From NCBI GenBank assembly GCA_002269645.1, contig NIVC01000881.1, positions 182,414 through 246,413 on the forward strand: a DNA stretch of 64,000 bases. Reading direction: 5' to 3'. The position numbers were made by a program, and so were the translations under genes. The notes beneath the pieces were generated by a model. It ran no database searches. It was given only the letters and a program-made list of their open reading frames with translations, and was not told where the DNA came from. This stretch comes from Macrostomum lignano. Lineage: Eukaryota. Within the stretch, counting starts at the first letter, position 1, and each line of letters begins with the position of its first letter. Positions 24,401 to 38,036 of the stretch are shown here, piece after piece.

Positions 24401-27400
24401 TAAGCTATAAACTTATCCGGTCTGTCTATTTATATCTAGGACCGTATTAGCTGTCTAATTTCAAGTGTAAACTACTGGGGTTTTGGGCCTTGGGGGGATT
24501 GTCGCGACTCCCCCCCCCCTCCATCGATTTTTCACTCTCCTCGCAGGCCAGCTATGTACATTTTATTTCTTCCAACGTACACTTGAAAGGCATGAATACC
24601 CACCCCACAAATTAAATCCTTTCTTGAGTGCATGTACTGCTATGTACGATCCTTCTTAGGCTTCCTTACACCGCCCTGATAAAGAAACTTAAAAACAATA
24701 TAGCTTTTCTTAATCTGCATGAAAGCATCAACGTAGAAACAATGCGAATTTGCATTTTGCAGGAGGAAGTGACGGTTTTAGAAGAGGTACAGTTTTAAAG
24801 ATATGCTATTGTTTAACATACATGAAGTTGCCTGCTTTTGTACCACCAAGTGCAGAAATACTTTAAGAATTGATCCACCTCATCCAGAGTCTGGATTTAC
24901 CTTTTTTTCAAAAAACTTTCATGAACCCGAAAAATGGCTTCACTCATTGCACACTACAATCTAACTATAACGGCCTAACAACAGCACTTTCTTGTTCGAA
25001 ATGCCTTTCCAAATGTTGTACCCTTTTTAAGTGCACTTAGCATCTAAGTGACGAAAAACAACACCTGAGGATACATTAAGTTGAACTCAATTAAGTTAAA
25101 CAAAGCTACGAACTGTAATGCAAGCACATGATTTATTGTCTTTTTTTTATTCTGTTTTCTATCATTTACTTTTTATTTTCTTCTGCAATAGATTTTAGTT
25201 TTAAACAGTCAAAATGCGTTTTAAATGAAATTTCAAATTCGCGCCAATTTTCCAGGAATTCAAAGTCGTTCCAGACCCACCAAAGCCGGTGCGACCGCCG
25301 CCAGTCGAACAGTTGGAGCCTGATTGGTTCTCCATCAAAGCTATCCGCGACCTGCTGGGCCGATTCAAGGGCGTCGCGCCAGATGGCCTGCTGGCCATTA
25401 ATGAGTTTGTCAGCGTGCTGATGGTGAGTGACCGATGCTTTGATTGGCTGTTTTGGGGGCTCCTTCGAACTGTCCACCAACTGTATCCCAATTGTCCACC
25501 AACTGCCATTCCAATTGTCCACCGAACATTATTCATGGTTAATTTTGAATGCACCCATCCGCAGGAGGAGGTGAACTCTCACCAGGACCCGGACCTCCTG
25601 CCAGAGCAGTGGCAGCACTGCACCGCCGCCCAGCTGCAGGAGCTGGCCCAGAGCATGTCATCGGATCAGGAGTACGTGTCCTGGCGCGCCTTCCTGCTGG
25701 CCATCTCGCAGCCGTGGCCGTGGCCAAGCCAGCAAGACCTGCTGGACACCCTGCTGAAGTTCAAAGATCTTGACCAAACTGACTGCGGCTATGTGACCAG
25801 GGAGCAGTACGACTTTATTGAGCTCTGGTTCAGCCCTGGGCCGCCGCCGTCGACGCCTGAGGAGCCGACGAAGCCGAAGCAGATCAGCCGGCTTGAAGGC
25901 TTCAAGCATCTGCTGTTCGAGTTCTTCGCTAACGAGGAGGGCCGAATGGCGTACCTGGACCTGCTGCTGCACTGCGCCGCTTCGCCCAGTCCCTACGTGG
26001 GCTTCCTGAGGGCGCTTAGCGTGGCTAACGACTCGCACATCCCCCACTGCCCGATCGCCGGCTACGAGGAGCTCACCGCTGTGGAGCCGCTAGCCGATGA
26101 GGTCAGCCCCAAAGTGGGCCGTTTTCCAAATACTTGGGTGCCGCTTTTAGCTCTTCATCTGGCGCCTAATTTAGCGCCCCTGCCACCCAAAGTGGCGCCT
26201 CTGACACCAAAGTTAGTGGTGGCCTCTGACACCCAAATTAGCGGCCTCTGACACCCGAATTAGTGACCTCTGACACCCGAATTAGCGGCCTCTGACACCC
26301 GAATTAGTGGCCTCTGACACCCAAAATGCATGGCACCCCTGACACCCAACGGGCGCGCACTGTTCACCACGCCCACGTTACTCGGGAAGGCGCTGCTTGA
26401 AGGCGGGAAGGCGCTGTGGCAGTCGCTCACAACAAGACGGAATTGGATTGAGCCGGGGATGAACGAGAATTCCTAGAATCCTCGATCTCAATTGCCTCCC
26501 CCTGCCTGTTGAATAGCGGAAGCAAATTCGAATTCGATATTCGAAATGAGATGCTCTCAACAACCGGGAGCCGTTGTCATTTCAAGAGTGGAAATATTTT
26601 AGCCTTGGGGGCAGGTCATGCGGATTATGGATGAACACCTCCCGTTTTTCATCCGCTTTGAACAGAGTAAAATCACTTGTGTTCTAAAATTCTAAAGCCG
26701 AGCTGCAGAGACGTTCGAGTGCATTTTTTTAATTTTCTAAATGGGGGACTGGGTAAGCGAAAGTGCGTGCTTGAATGTGCCACCCCCGGAACTTGAAAGT
26801 CTGTTTACAATAAGGCTTGTTGAAAGCATGTTTTCTGCGTTTAAAAGAAATTGAGTGGAGGAGGGGTAGCGGTCCAGCCGAGCTGAGGGGAGGAAGGGTG
26901 GCGGTCCAACTGAGCTGAGGAGAGGAGGGGTGGCGGTCCAGCCGAGCTGAGGGGAGGAGGGGTGGCGGTCCAACTGAGCTGAGGGGAGGAGGGGTGGCTG
27001 TCCAATTGAGCTGAGGGGAGGAGGGGTGGCGGTCCAACTGAGTGGAGGATTAAGAAGGTTGGCAGTCCAGCTGAGTGGTTCCCCACCCTGACCCGCAGGT
27101 GCCCGCTGACTGCGAGGACAGCCTGGTGAAGATAGACGCAGTTTACTACGTGCTGGGCTACGGGCGCAATATCACTGAGGACACGACCGACTTCTCGGAT
27201 CTGGTGGACACGGAGGTCACCCAGGAGTGCCTCACCCGGCCAATGCTGGGCGCCATCTACCAGCAGCTGGGCAGCGAGGATCTGGACCCGCTGCCGTACA
27301 CGAAGCTCATCAAGCACGTGAGCTTTGTGGAGCTGCTGCTCCAGGCGCGGCAGTACAAGAGGGTCAGCGTGAGGGACTTCCTTGCAGCCGATGGGCGCAG

Positions 27401-27431
27401 CAGCCGGGCGCCATCGCAGATGCAGGCTTAG
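12401..27431 (+). CDS. SPEF2: Sperm flagellar protein 2 (KPL2; CH domain, ADK-like P-loop, EF-hand-like region), 14 exons, about 1990 aa; one 1-nt deletion near 15291
   Basis: Exons: 12401-12458, 13108-13210, 13540-13867, 13994-14136, 14725-15384, 16792-17292, 17397-17499, 18905-19341, 19865-20257, 20382-21784, 23158-23962, 25256-25423, 25565-26101, 27099-27431. Phases are consistent once one G is restored at 15291-15292. Motifs: MTEILCDWLN..FANGYLIGEVLHKYELQDDF..SKINNFTRIEPVLHLLGV, LMRQSQLERRIAVQL, GKLFSGKS, WILDGFP, VPDPPKPVRPPPVE, YVSWRAFLLAISQPWPWP. Confidence 0.95.
14300..14690. repeat. 13-bp minisatellite (GACACCCCGCAAA)n in SPEF2 intron 4
   Basis: Period 13 visible. Confidence 0.93.
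15395..16755. repeat. Compound pyrimidine-rich minisatellite in SPEF2 intron 5: 20-bp (TCTCACCCGCCTCTCGTGTG) switching near 15640 to related 19-bp (TCTCCCTGCCTCCCCTGTG)
   Basis: Both periods visible; the two units align with each other. Confidence 0.95.
17570..18855. repeat. 17-bp minisatellite (GGATAGGGTGAGATTTC)n followed by 11-bp (GATAGAGCTGA)n in SPEF2 intron 7
   Basis: Periods visible; explains ORF 17331-19058. Confidence 0.95.
19545..19825. repeat. 50-bp tandem repeat, about 5.5 copies, in SPEF2 intron 8
   Basis: TACACGCAAATAAGATGAGTGCGTGTGTCGATCTATAAATAGAATCAATG recurs every 50 bp. Confidence 0.93.
21905..22110. repeat. 36-bp tandem repeat, about 5 copies, in SPEF2 intron 10
   Basis: GTCCCTGGTGTGAGCTGCCACCACTCCTCCCTCTCA repeated. 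Confidence 0.9.
26195..26350. repeat. 22-bp tandem repeat (CTCTGACACCCGAATTAGTGGC) in SPEF2 intron 13
   Basis: About 6 copies visible. Confidence 0.85.
26860..27050. repeat. About 32-bp G-rich tandem repeat in SPEF2 intron 13
   Basis: GAGCTGAGGGGAGGAGGGGTGGCGGTCCAACT repeated about 6 times. Confidence 0.85.
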
Positions 27432-28099
27432 AGACTGGGGGAACTGATACACTGGGGGATCTGCGTTCTCATCCGTCTTCTCACCTTCCCCAAATTATTC
27501 TCCCTAATCCCCCCGTTTATTCCCCTTAATTCCCCTTCCTTCCCCACCCTGAGTTTCACCCAGCTGCCGCTCCCCAGCCTGACAGGCAGGGAAATGTATC
27601 CAAGGTGGCGTCAAAGGAGGGTCGCCTGTTTTCTTTAGCAGAAAATCGGCCCAGTTCCCTGACACAGCGGGATTAGCAAGAGATCTCGAACCCCGACACG
27701 CCCAATTTAGTGGGCGGTGACAATTTTCCTCATTATTGCGTGAGACAGATTTTTCTTTCAGAGCTAATGCTTTCTTTTGATAATGCTGACGTAATGCTGC
27801 TCTGTGTTGCCCCGTAGCCATGAATATTTTTGTCTCACTGTAAACTGACTGACTGGCAGTGATTCTCTCGATACTACGGGCTAATTTTATCTAACTTCTA
27901 TTTAATTCAATTGCAGTGACCTTGCGAAATTTTGTAAGAAATATTACAAATTTAGAAACAAATTACACTGGTACGACTGTTTAGATAACTTATTTTGTGT
28001 CCTGGTAACTCTTAATAGCGAATGGGTGCTTCGATAAATCTTATGTTAATATTATCTTGTCAAATGATTACACGCATGCACTTAACTGATAACTGGCTA

Positions 28100-29375
<1,276 letters not shown>

Positions 29376-29989
29376 GCTCTCAGAGCCGCAGCCCAGCTCT
29401 CCTCTTCTTTCCTCGGCCAGAGCTGCAGCAAAGCGCCGACTGAAAATAGCTGTGAAAGCAAAATGCGTGAGAGGGCTGTCTTCTTTTGCAATTTTTTTCT
29501 CCTGCGCCTTGCCCGCCCGTTCCGTCTCCGCGTCTGCTCTCCTCGGAGCGGGGCGGGGCTCCGGTCGGACTCGCTATTCCCGATCCCGAGCTCTTAATCC
29601 CCTGCAGTTGCTGGGCAGCAGGGGTGTCTTGAGCCTTGAGCGTCAGGCGGGGATCGGCGCTGAGAGGGCCGGGATGGGAGTGCCTCAGAGACGGCAGAGG
29701 GGATCAAGGAAGATCCTGGATATTTCATTTTTTGCTTTTCAACTTTTCTCGGGCAGTCCGCCCCGGCCCCGATAATTACAGAGGCCTCAATGGTTAAATG
29801 GGGGGATTCTGCCGTCTACCTTTCATCTGAATAATCGCAAATTGCTGCCAAATAATATAGCGTTCCAACGTCTCCATAGCAACCTATTCACTGGCTGTGC
29901 TTTCGATCAGAAGCCATTAGGCAGCTGGTTAGTCATTTTTAGGCGGCTGCTCCCCCTGCCTAAGACGGGAGTAGCCAGTCGCACTGCAC

Positions 29990-30435
29990 GCAGCTGGACT
30001 GTGAGTAAAGCGCAGCTGGACTGTGAGTAAAGCGCAGCTGGACTGTGAGTAAAGCGCAGCTGGACTGTGAGTAAAGCGCAGCTGGACTGTGAGTAAAGCG
30101 CAGCTGGACTGTGAGTAAAGCGCAGCTGGACTGTGAGTAAAGTGCAGCTGGACTGTGAGTAAAGCGCAGCTGGACTGTGAGTAAAGCGCAGCTGAACTGT
30201 GAGTAAAGCGCAGCTGGACTGTGAGTATAGCGCAGCTGAACTGTGAGTAAAGCGCAGCTGGACTGTGAGTAAAGCGCAGCTGAACTGTGAGTAAAGCGCA
30301 GCTGGACTGTGAGTAAAGCGCAGCTGGACTGTGAGTAAAGCGCAGCTGGACTGTGAGTAAAGCGCAGCTGGACTGTGAGTAAAGCGCAGCTGGACTGTGA
30401 GTAAAGCGCAGCTGGACTGTGAGTAAAGCGCAGCT
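29990..30435. repeat. 22-bp minisatellite (GCTGGACTGTGAGTAAAGCGCA)n, about 20 copies
   Basis: Period 22 visible. Confidence 0.97.
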
Positions 30436-31459
30436 GCAGTAGGAAGCCGCTAGGGGGCTGTCGCTGCCTCCAAGTCAAAAAAGATTCTGGACTAGATGAA
30501 GCAAAATGAGCCACGGCGAGAGGGGAAGAGATTCCTAGAGGAAGAGCGGAGGGAGCGAGTCTTGGATAGACGGGGTAAGGGAGGGATTTCACTCCGGCTG
30601 GAGGCCGGGGATCTCCAACTCTGGCTTAGAGGGAGGAGAGGACAGCGGTGTAGGGATCAGGATCCCATTCCTGTCTCTTCCCAGATCCCACTGATCTGCA
30701 TTGGCTATTTCACTTCTCAAGGCCGGGACGCAATCGCGGCTTCTAAAAGTCCGGCAAGACTGACAAGACTCAGGCGGACTGCCCCCCCCCCTTTGATAAA
30801 GCGGTTGAATTCTCGAGCTCGGCAGAGGCCCCCGAGCGGCGGTCGAGTCTGTTTTATACGCCAAAAAACCAGACAAAACAGAATTAGTGAAGCTGGGCTG
30901 CTGGCTAGAGCTTACAAACCCGTAGGTGTACAGGAGGAAGCTCCGGGAAGGGGAGGACTGGTTAATGAGCTCGAGGATTCTGGGCTCGCGGCCTTTAATT
31001 GGCATGACGAGAGGGAGAGCTCGAACTGCTTCTGGCTGGGCGCCGCTCAAACATACAGAGAGAGTGATAAAGTACAGCGAGTCGATGAAGAGCACGGGAG
31101 GCTGGGAGAGGAGGGTCACCGAAGACGAGTCGGTGAAATTGGATTATGTCTGACTTGCCGACCGGAGCGATGAAGGATTGGGGGGGGGAGGCCGAGAGGC
31201 TGGGGGGCGTCAATTGCAGTCTCCCGGATGAAGCCTCGGAGGAAATGGAGGAAGACCTGTGCGGATTGCTCAAGCTGCATGCGATGAAGAAATTCTTCTG
31301 GCGATTTTTTCAAACGCAAAGTCAGTACTGGCAAAATTATTTTATGATTAGCATTAGCTTTAACATTAGAATTTATTTGAAGTCTCAGTTTATTACCAAA
31401 TTATATATATTTAGGTCGAGACAAAAACAGTCTGGCAGCGTGTTGATAGTGCACCATAG

Positions 31460-33295
31460 CTGTGACACTCCTGTCTAACATCTGACACTCCTGTCTAACA
31501 TCTGACACTCCTGTCTGACATCTGACACTCCTGTCTAACATCTGACACTCCTGTCTAACAGCTGACACTCCTGTCTGACATCTGACACTCCTGTCTAACA
31601 TCTGACACTCCTGTCTAACAGCTGACACTTCTGTCTAACATCTGACACTCCTGTCTAACAGCTGACACTCCTGTCTAACATCTGACACTCCTGTCTAACA
31701 TCTGACACTCCTGTCTAACATCTGACACTCCTGTCTAACATCTGACACTCCTGTCTAACAGCTGACACTCCTGTCTGACATCTGACACTCCTGTCTAACA
31801 TCTGACACTCCTGTCTAACATCTGACACTCCTGTCTAACATCTGACACTCCTGTCTAACATCTGACACTCCTGTCTAACAGCTGACACTCCTGTCTAACA
31901 TCTGACACTCCTGTCTAACATCTGACACTCCTGTCTAACATCTGACACTCCTGTCTAACATCTGACACTCCTGTCTAACAGCTGACACTCCTGTCTGACA
32001 TCTGACACTCCTGTCTAACAGCTGACACTCCTGTCTAACATCTGACACTCCTGTCTAACATCTGACACTCCTGTCTGACATCTGACACGCCTGTTTGACA
32101 TCTGACACTCCTGTCTAACATCTGACACTCCTGTCTGACATCTGACACTCCTGTCTAACATCTGACACTCCTGTCTAACATCTGACACTCCTGTTTGACA
32201 TCTGACACTCCTGTCTGACATCTGACACTCCTGTCTAACATCTGACACTCCTGTCTGACATCTGACACTCGTGTCTAACATCTGACACTCCTGTCTAACA
32301 TCTGACACTCCTGTCTGACATCTGACACTTCTGTCTGACATCTGACACTCCTGTCTGACATCTGACATGCCTGTCTAACATCTGACACTCCTGTCTGACA
32401 TCTGACACTCGTGTCTAACATCTGACACTCCTGTCTGACATCTGACACTTCTGTCTGACATCTGACACTCCTGTCTAACATCTGACACTCCTGTCTGACA
32501 TCTGACACTCCTGTCTAACAGCTGACACTCCTGTCTAACAGCTGACACTCCTGTCTAACAGCTGACACTCTTGTCTGACATCTGACACTCCTGTCTAACA
32601 TCTGACACTCCTGTCTAACATCTGACACTCCTGTCTAACATCTGACACTCCTGTCTAACAGCTGACACTCCTGTCTAACAGCTGACACTTTTGTCTGACA
32701 TCTGACACTCCTGTCTAACATCTGACACTCCTGTCTAACATCTGACACTCCTGTCTAACATCTGACACTCCTGTCTAACAGCTGACACTCCTGTCTAACA
32801 GCTGACACTCTTGTCTGACATTTGACACTCTTGTCTGACATCTGACACTCCTTTCTAACATCTGACACTCCTGTCTAACATCTGACACTCCTGTTTGACA
32901 TCTGACACTCCTGTCTAACATCTGACACTCCTGTCTGACATCTGACACTCCTGTCTAACATCTGACACTCCTGTCTAACATCTGACACTCCTGTCTAACA
33001 TCTGACACTCCTGTCTAACAGCTGACACTCCTGTCTGACATCTGACACTTCTGTCTGACATCTGACACTCCTGTCTAACATCTGACACTCCTGTCTGACA
33101 TCTGACACTCCTGTCTAACAGCTGACACTCCTGTCTAACAGCTGACACTCTTGTCTGACATCTGACACTCCTGTCTAACATCTGACACTCCTGTCTAACA
33201 GCTGACACTCCTGTCTGACATCTGACACTCCTGTCTAACAGCTGACACTCCTGTCTAACAGCTGACACTCCTGTCTAACAGCTGACACTCCTGAC
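31460..33295. repeat. 20-bp minisatellite (TCTGACACTCCTGTCTAACA)n, about 90 copies
   Basis: Period 20 visible; the same unit recurs at 44995-45115. Confidence 0.98.
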
Positions 33296-33647
33296 ATCTC
33301 CGTACATCATGGAACGCCAATTTCCTTAGTTTAACAGTCCAGAATCTGCAGCAGACAGAAAGCACCGAAGTACTTTTAGCCCAATACGCCCTGACCTATT
33401 TACGAGAGCGATGTTAAAAGTGCAAAAAATGTCCATTAGTAAAAAAATTGTTGGGCAAATAGACGACAAATCACGGAGACGGAGAAAAACACAGACGTCT
33501 CACAGGAAACGCACATACAGCATAATAGGTAGCTGTGTACTCAGAAATTTATTACAGCGCACAGTGACTTAGCCTTATGTGCTCTGTAGCAGTTTACTGT
33601 TCAATAGAATGACGGAACAGCTTCCTAAGTCGCATGAATTCTCAAAG

Positions 33648-35434
33648 TCAGTCAATTCGAATTTCCATGACCTGCCCGGATGTCACCGAAGATGCGGATA
33701 CTTCAGCGGCGGCGGCGGCGGCGCTGGAGGTTCCGGCGAGGATACCGACACTCGCGGCTCCGGAGGAGGAAGACAGCGGCTCCTCGGAGCGGTTGAAGGT
33801 CGTCAGGCCGACAGTGGGCGAGCCCGTGTCACCGTCAGGACCGCCGAGCAGCGGCTGCAGAGGTGTGGGCAGCTGGTGAATACTTTGCTCCTACCACTCC
33901 TTTCAATCCGGAATCTGCCCCCTTCAATCCGAAATCCGCCTCCTTCAATCCGAAATCCGCCTCCTTCAATCCGAAATCCGCTCCCTTCAATCCGAAATCC
34001 GCTCCCTTCAATCCGAAATCCGCTCCCTTCAATCCGAAACCCGCTCTCTTCAATCCGAAATCCGCTCTCTTCAATCTGAAATCCGCTCCCTTCAATCCGA
34101 AATCCGCTCTTTTCAATCCGAAATCCGCTCCCTTCAATCCGGAATCTGCTCTTTTCAATCCGAAATCCGCTCTCTTTAATCCGAAATCCGCTCCCTTCAA
34201 TCTGAAATCCGCTCCCTTCAATCCGAAATCCGCTCCCTTCAATCTGAAATCCGCTCCCTTCAATCCGAAATCCGCCCCGTCCATGCCTCACCTGTCTGTG
34301 GTGATTGTTATTGTCTGCATGGCGCCGGCGCCCGCCGCCCCCCACGTCGTCGGCGTTTCGCCCCTCCCCGGCGCCGACATTTGCCCCGTCGGCGCCTTCA
34401 GCGTCGGCAACGGGAGCCCTGAGCTGCCCAATGTCCATGAGGTCGCGCATGGCGGAGCGAAACGGGCCGCTGAGGAAGGCGTAGAGTATTGGATTGCCGG
34501 CGCTGCTGGCGTAGGTCAGCAGGGAGGTCACGTGCGAGCTGACGATGGTCAAGTAGGTGATCGGTGCCTCGGTGGCCAGGCTGACATTCACGTGCACCCA
34601 GTACGGCAGCGAGCAGCCCAGATAGAAAATCACCACGGCAACCACCAGCAGGGTGGCCTTGCCCAGCCGGTCCTGCGATTGCGTGCTGGCCGCCGCGCTT
34701 GAGCTCTGAGCCGCTTCGCCACCGCCGTCCCGTTGAGCCCTCTTGGCCAGGTACAGGCGGTAGGCGATGAGCGAGTAGAACAGGCACAGCAGGAGGCCGG
34801 GCAGAACGCAGCCGGTCACGAACATGTAGCGCATGAAGTAGGCCGGGTGTGAGAAGAATTTGTACACAGGACTGGCCGGCCGTGAGGCCTCGTCCGAGTC
34901 AGCGTCGGATCTGGTGTCGTTGAGCCGATCGTCCGAGAAGGCATCCGGCGATGTGTGCGTGCAGTGCGGCACGGTGTCGTTGAAGTACTCCACCCTGGCG
35001 CACAGGTAGGTCGGGCTGATGACCAGGGCGCCCATCAGCCAGATGGCGGCGAGGACAACGCTGGCGAAGGCTCGGGTCCTCAGTCTGGCCGACGGCGAGA
35101 CCATCGCCTTGTAGCGATCGAAGCTCATGGCGGTGATTATGTAGATTGACACTGTCCAGTTGGTGTAGTTCAGCATGTAGTACACCTTGCACAGCAGCCA
35201 GCCCCAGTTCCATTGGCCCACGATGCTGGTGTACATCAGCGGAGGAATTGACAGCAGGTGAAGGCTGTCAGCCAGCGCCAGGTGCATCAGGTACAGGCTG
35301 GTCACGGAACGGCTGCTGTGCTGCTGTCGGCAGATGACGCCCATCACCAGGCAGTTCCCGACGATTCCAACAGCAAAGATCGCGGCCAGGACCGAGTTGT
35401 AGAGGATCACCGCGATGAGAGACAGGCTCTGCAT
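33648..35434 (-). CDS. Rhodopsin-family peptide GPCR (somatostatin/allatostatin-C/opioid/MCH-like); 2 coding exons seen, N-terminus may extend to 35611
   Basis: Exons 35434-34292 and 33854-33648 (phase 0, GT-AG). Seven TM segments with GIVGNCLV, LYLMHLALAD, W.WGWLLCK, MSFDRY, CSLPYW, NPILYAFLS..FR. Confidence 0.92.
33900..34275. repeat. 21-bp minisatellite (TTCAATCCGAAATCCGCTCCC)n in the GPCR intron
   Basis: About 18 copies; translates as RIEGSGF on the minus strand. Confidence 0.95.
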
Positions 35435-37089
35435 GGCTGCTGGGTGCTGAGAGAGAGAGAGGAGGGCGCGAATCTCGGCTGCAGTTGCCGGGGGAGCCGA
35501 TTTTAAACAGGGAGAGAAACTGCCTGGATGGCCAATCAGATCTGACCAGCCTGGACTGAGCTCGCCCAGGATGGCATCTGTAAATTCACTATGCAGTTCA
35601 GTAGAATTCAACTATTTGTTGCTGAGCTGCAATGCAGAAACGTTTATCTGCGACGTCGTTCTGTGACACCAGCGACTTTTGATCACACATACGAGCGCCA
35701 ATACTGTACGCTCGTACGCAGACACGAACTCAAGCACACGCTCACACAGGGTGTACCGCGGCCCTGACTGTCCAATCGTCAGGCATGTGCACTCTGTGCC
35801 ATCATGGATGTGAATCTCATGGCATGAATGCGGCCGCGCACGAAATTGAAGCTGAGTTTACTACCGAGCTGCTGTGCTGATTGGATCAATATTCATGGCA
35901 ACAATCAAGTAGATGCTGCAATTTTCACTGCAGGTCGATTTTTAGCAATTAAATTGTCAATGCTTCATCGTCTGGACTCCCCAAATTGCAAATGAAGCTG
36001 TGCTAAAATTTATAGCCAAGTTTGACAAAAATTATTGAAGACGCAGTCTTGACCTCGCGCCTAGCTGCAGGGGGCCCCGGACATCCGGACGCAAGCAGGG
36101 AGGCGTCGCTGGCCCATTCCTAAAAAAATGTGGCGACCACGGGCTGCCATTGTGCTCCGCGAGTCGTTAAAAGTCAGATGGGGTGCTGGTTGAGAGAGAC
36201 TGCATGCTAGGCCGTAAAGCCCAAACACAACAGCCAGCAAAACTTTATAGCGGCTTGGATGTGGCTGGCTTATCCCTTATCCGGCCTGACCCCTTAGCAA
36301 CCATGAGAAACTGCATGGTTATAAGAGCCCAGGTCCCCTGTTAAAGGTCAGAAGATAATACGGGTCCCTCAGAGCCTCAGATTATGCGCAGGTACACTTC
36401 CGGATTATCCAGTGCACCCAAAACATCACAAGTCAAAAATCAAGGATGGGTTGCCGCCGCCGGAGCCGTCAGTCCAGTAACCTTAGGCTTGCCTTGACCA
36501 CATGCAGGACTCTAACCCCTGGGCTAGGCTAGCGAGTCAGAGAGAAATCTCTCCAGCCATTCCTGCACCGGAATACTGGGGGTGCAGGTGTGTATAGCAT
36601 CTCAGTTATCATGAGAACCATGAGAATTCACAGTTGGGAGTTAGCGCATCAAAGGCATCTGAATGTACGGGTGAGATATTCGATAGCAAGCATCGCTTAT
36701 CTGTTGCCACTCGAACGTGACTTGTGGCAGCTTCAGGTGGGTTTTAAGGGCTGCCCTATATCTCAGTGAGTACCCGTACTGTCATGTAGATTACACGATA
36801 CACGTAACAAAAAATACAAATACTAAAGCTGGAACACTATACTTCTCAGCCTGAGCATGTGTCTCAAATTTTTTGGATAATTTTGATCCATTAAATATTC
36901 TTTGAAAAAAACTTCCTCAAACCGCCTTACCTGGTCCCTAAGACACCGACAGGAAATGGAAGGGCATGTGAAACCCCGATTGCTATTGTCGTCTCTGAAA
37001 ACTCGAAAGCAACTCAACAGTGAGAACAGCTTCATCATTGAAGCTGGCTAATTGTTTGAAATGAACTGTTTAAGTAAAGTTCGAACTAA

Positions 37090-37640
37090 CTTAAGTAAAT
37101 CTCGAACTGATTTAAGTAAAGCTCGAACTGACTAAAGTCAACTAAACTAAACTCGATCCGACTCAACTCAAACTCGAACTGAATCAAGTGAAACTCGAAC
37201 TGACTCAATTCAAACTCGAACTGAATCAAGTGAAACTCGATTTGACTCAAGTGAAACTCGAACTGAATCAAGTGAAACTCGAACTGAATCAAGTGAAACT
37301 CGAACTAAATCAAGTGAAACTCGATTTGACTCAAGTGAAACTCGAACTGAATCAAGTGAAACTCGAACTGAATCAAGTGAAACTCGAACTGAATCAAGTG
37401 AAACTCGAACTGAATCAAGTGAAACTCGAACTGAATCAAGTGAAACTCGATTTGACTCAAGTGAAACTCGAACTGAATCAAGTGAAACTCGAACTGAATC
37501 AAGTGAAACTCGAACTGAATCAAGTGAAACTCGAACTGACTCAAGTGAAACTCGAGCTGACTCAACTCAAACTCAAACTGAATCAAGTGAAACTCGAACT
37601 GAATCAAGTGAAACTCGATCCAACTCAAGTGAAACTCGAA
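37090..37640. repeat. 21-bp minisatellite (AACTCGAACTGAATCAAGTGA)n
   Basis: About 25 copies; source of the KLELNQV pseudo-heptad ORF. Confidence 0.95.
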
Positions 37641-38036
37641 CAGACCCAAAACCTCGAAGTACTTCATGCCATTTCGAAATGAAAAAGTCACTTTAAAACA
37701 ATTCAAAAAGATGATTATAACGAACAAGTATCGCTGTTCAAGCTCGGTCTAAATAGAAATGGTTATTTCTGCTTTGCTAAAATTTACTTCAACATGTTAC
37801 AGGTGTCAAGGAAGCAACGCATGCATCATTTTACTATACTACTTATAACTCGCAGAGGCAGTAATATGCAGAGTTAGCAGCCAAAGAAGACGGTGAGAAA
37901 GCATTGACAGCATCAGCACCTCTTGCAGTCGAACAAATTCAAATAAAACCATGAAGACTGAACATGAAAACTAAGAAAATACAAAATGCAAACTCAAAAA
38001 ACGCATTTCAAGTCACCCAGCACACCAGGGCAAACC

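Noticed and set aside
27504-27821. 105-aa ATG-initiated minus ORF just past the SPEF2 stop
   Set aside because: No recognisable motif, weak codon bias, and it ends in low-complexity sequence.
30440-31380. Moderately GC-rich segment with several 70-225-aa ORFs, faintly like a LINE ORF1 (RLG..RPVRI..IL..NAK)
   Set aside because: The pieces lie in different frames with stops and the similarity is too weak to call without an HMM search.
36823-37038. 71-aa minus ORF with an internal CAG|GTAAGG donor-like site
   Set aside because: UBE2Z is already complete at 38037 and I could not link this segment in phase to the GPCR; at most a UTR exon.
37188-37682. KLELNQV heptad ORF resembling a coiled coil or leucine zipper
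   Set aside because: A 21-bp tandem repeat with no splice context or unique flanking coding sequence; synonymous sites are as homogeneous as non-synonymous ones.
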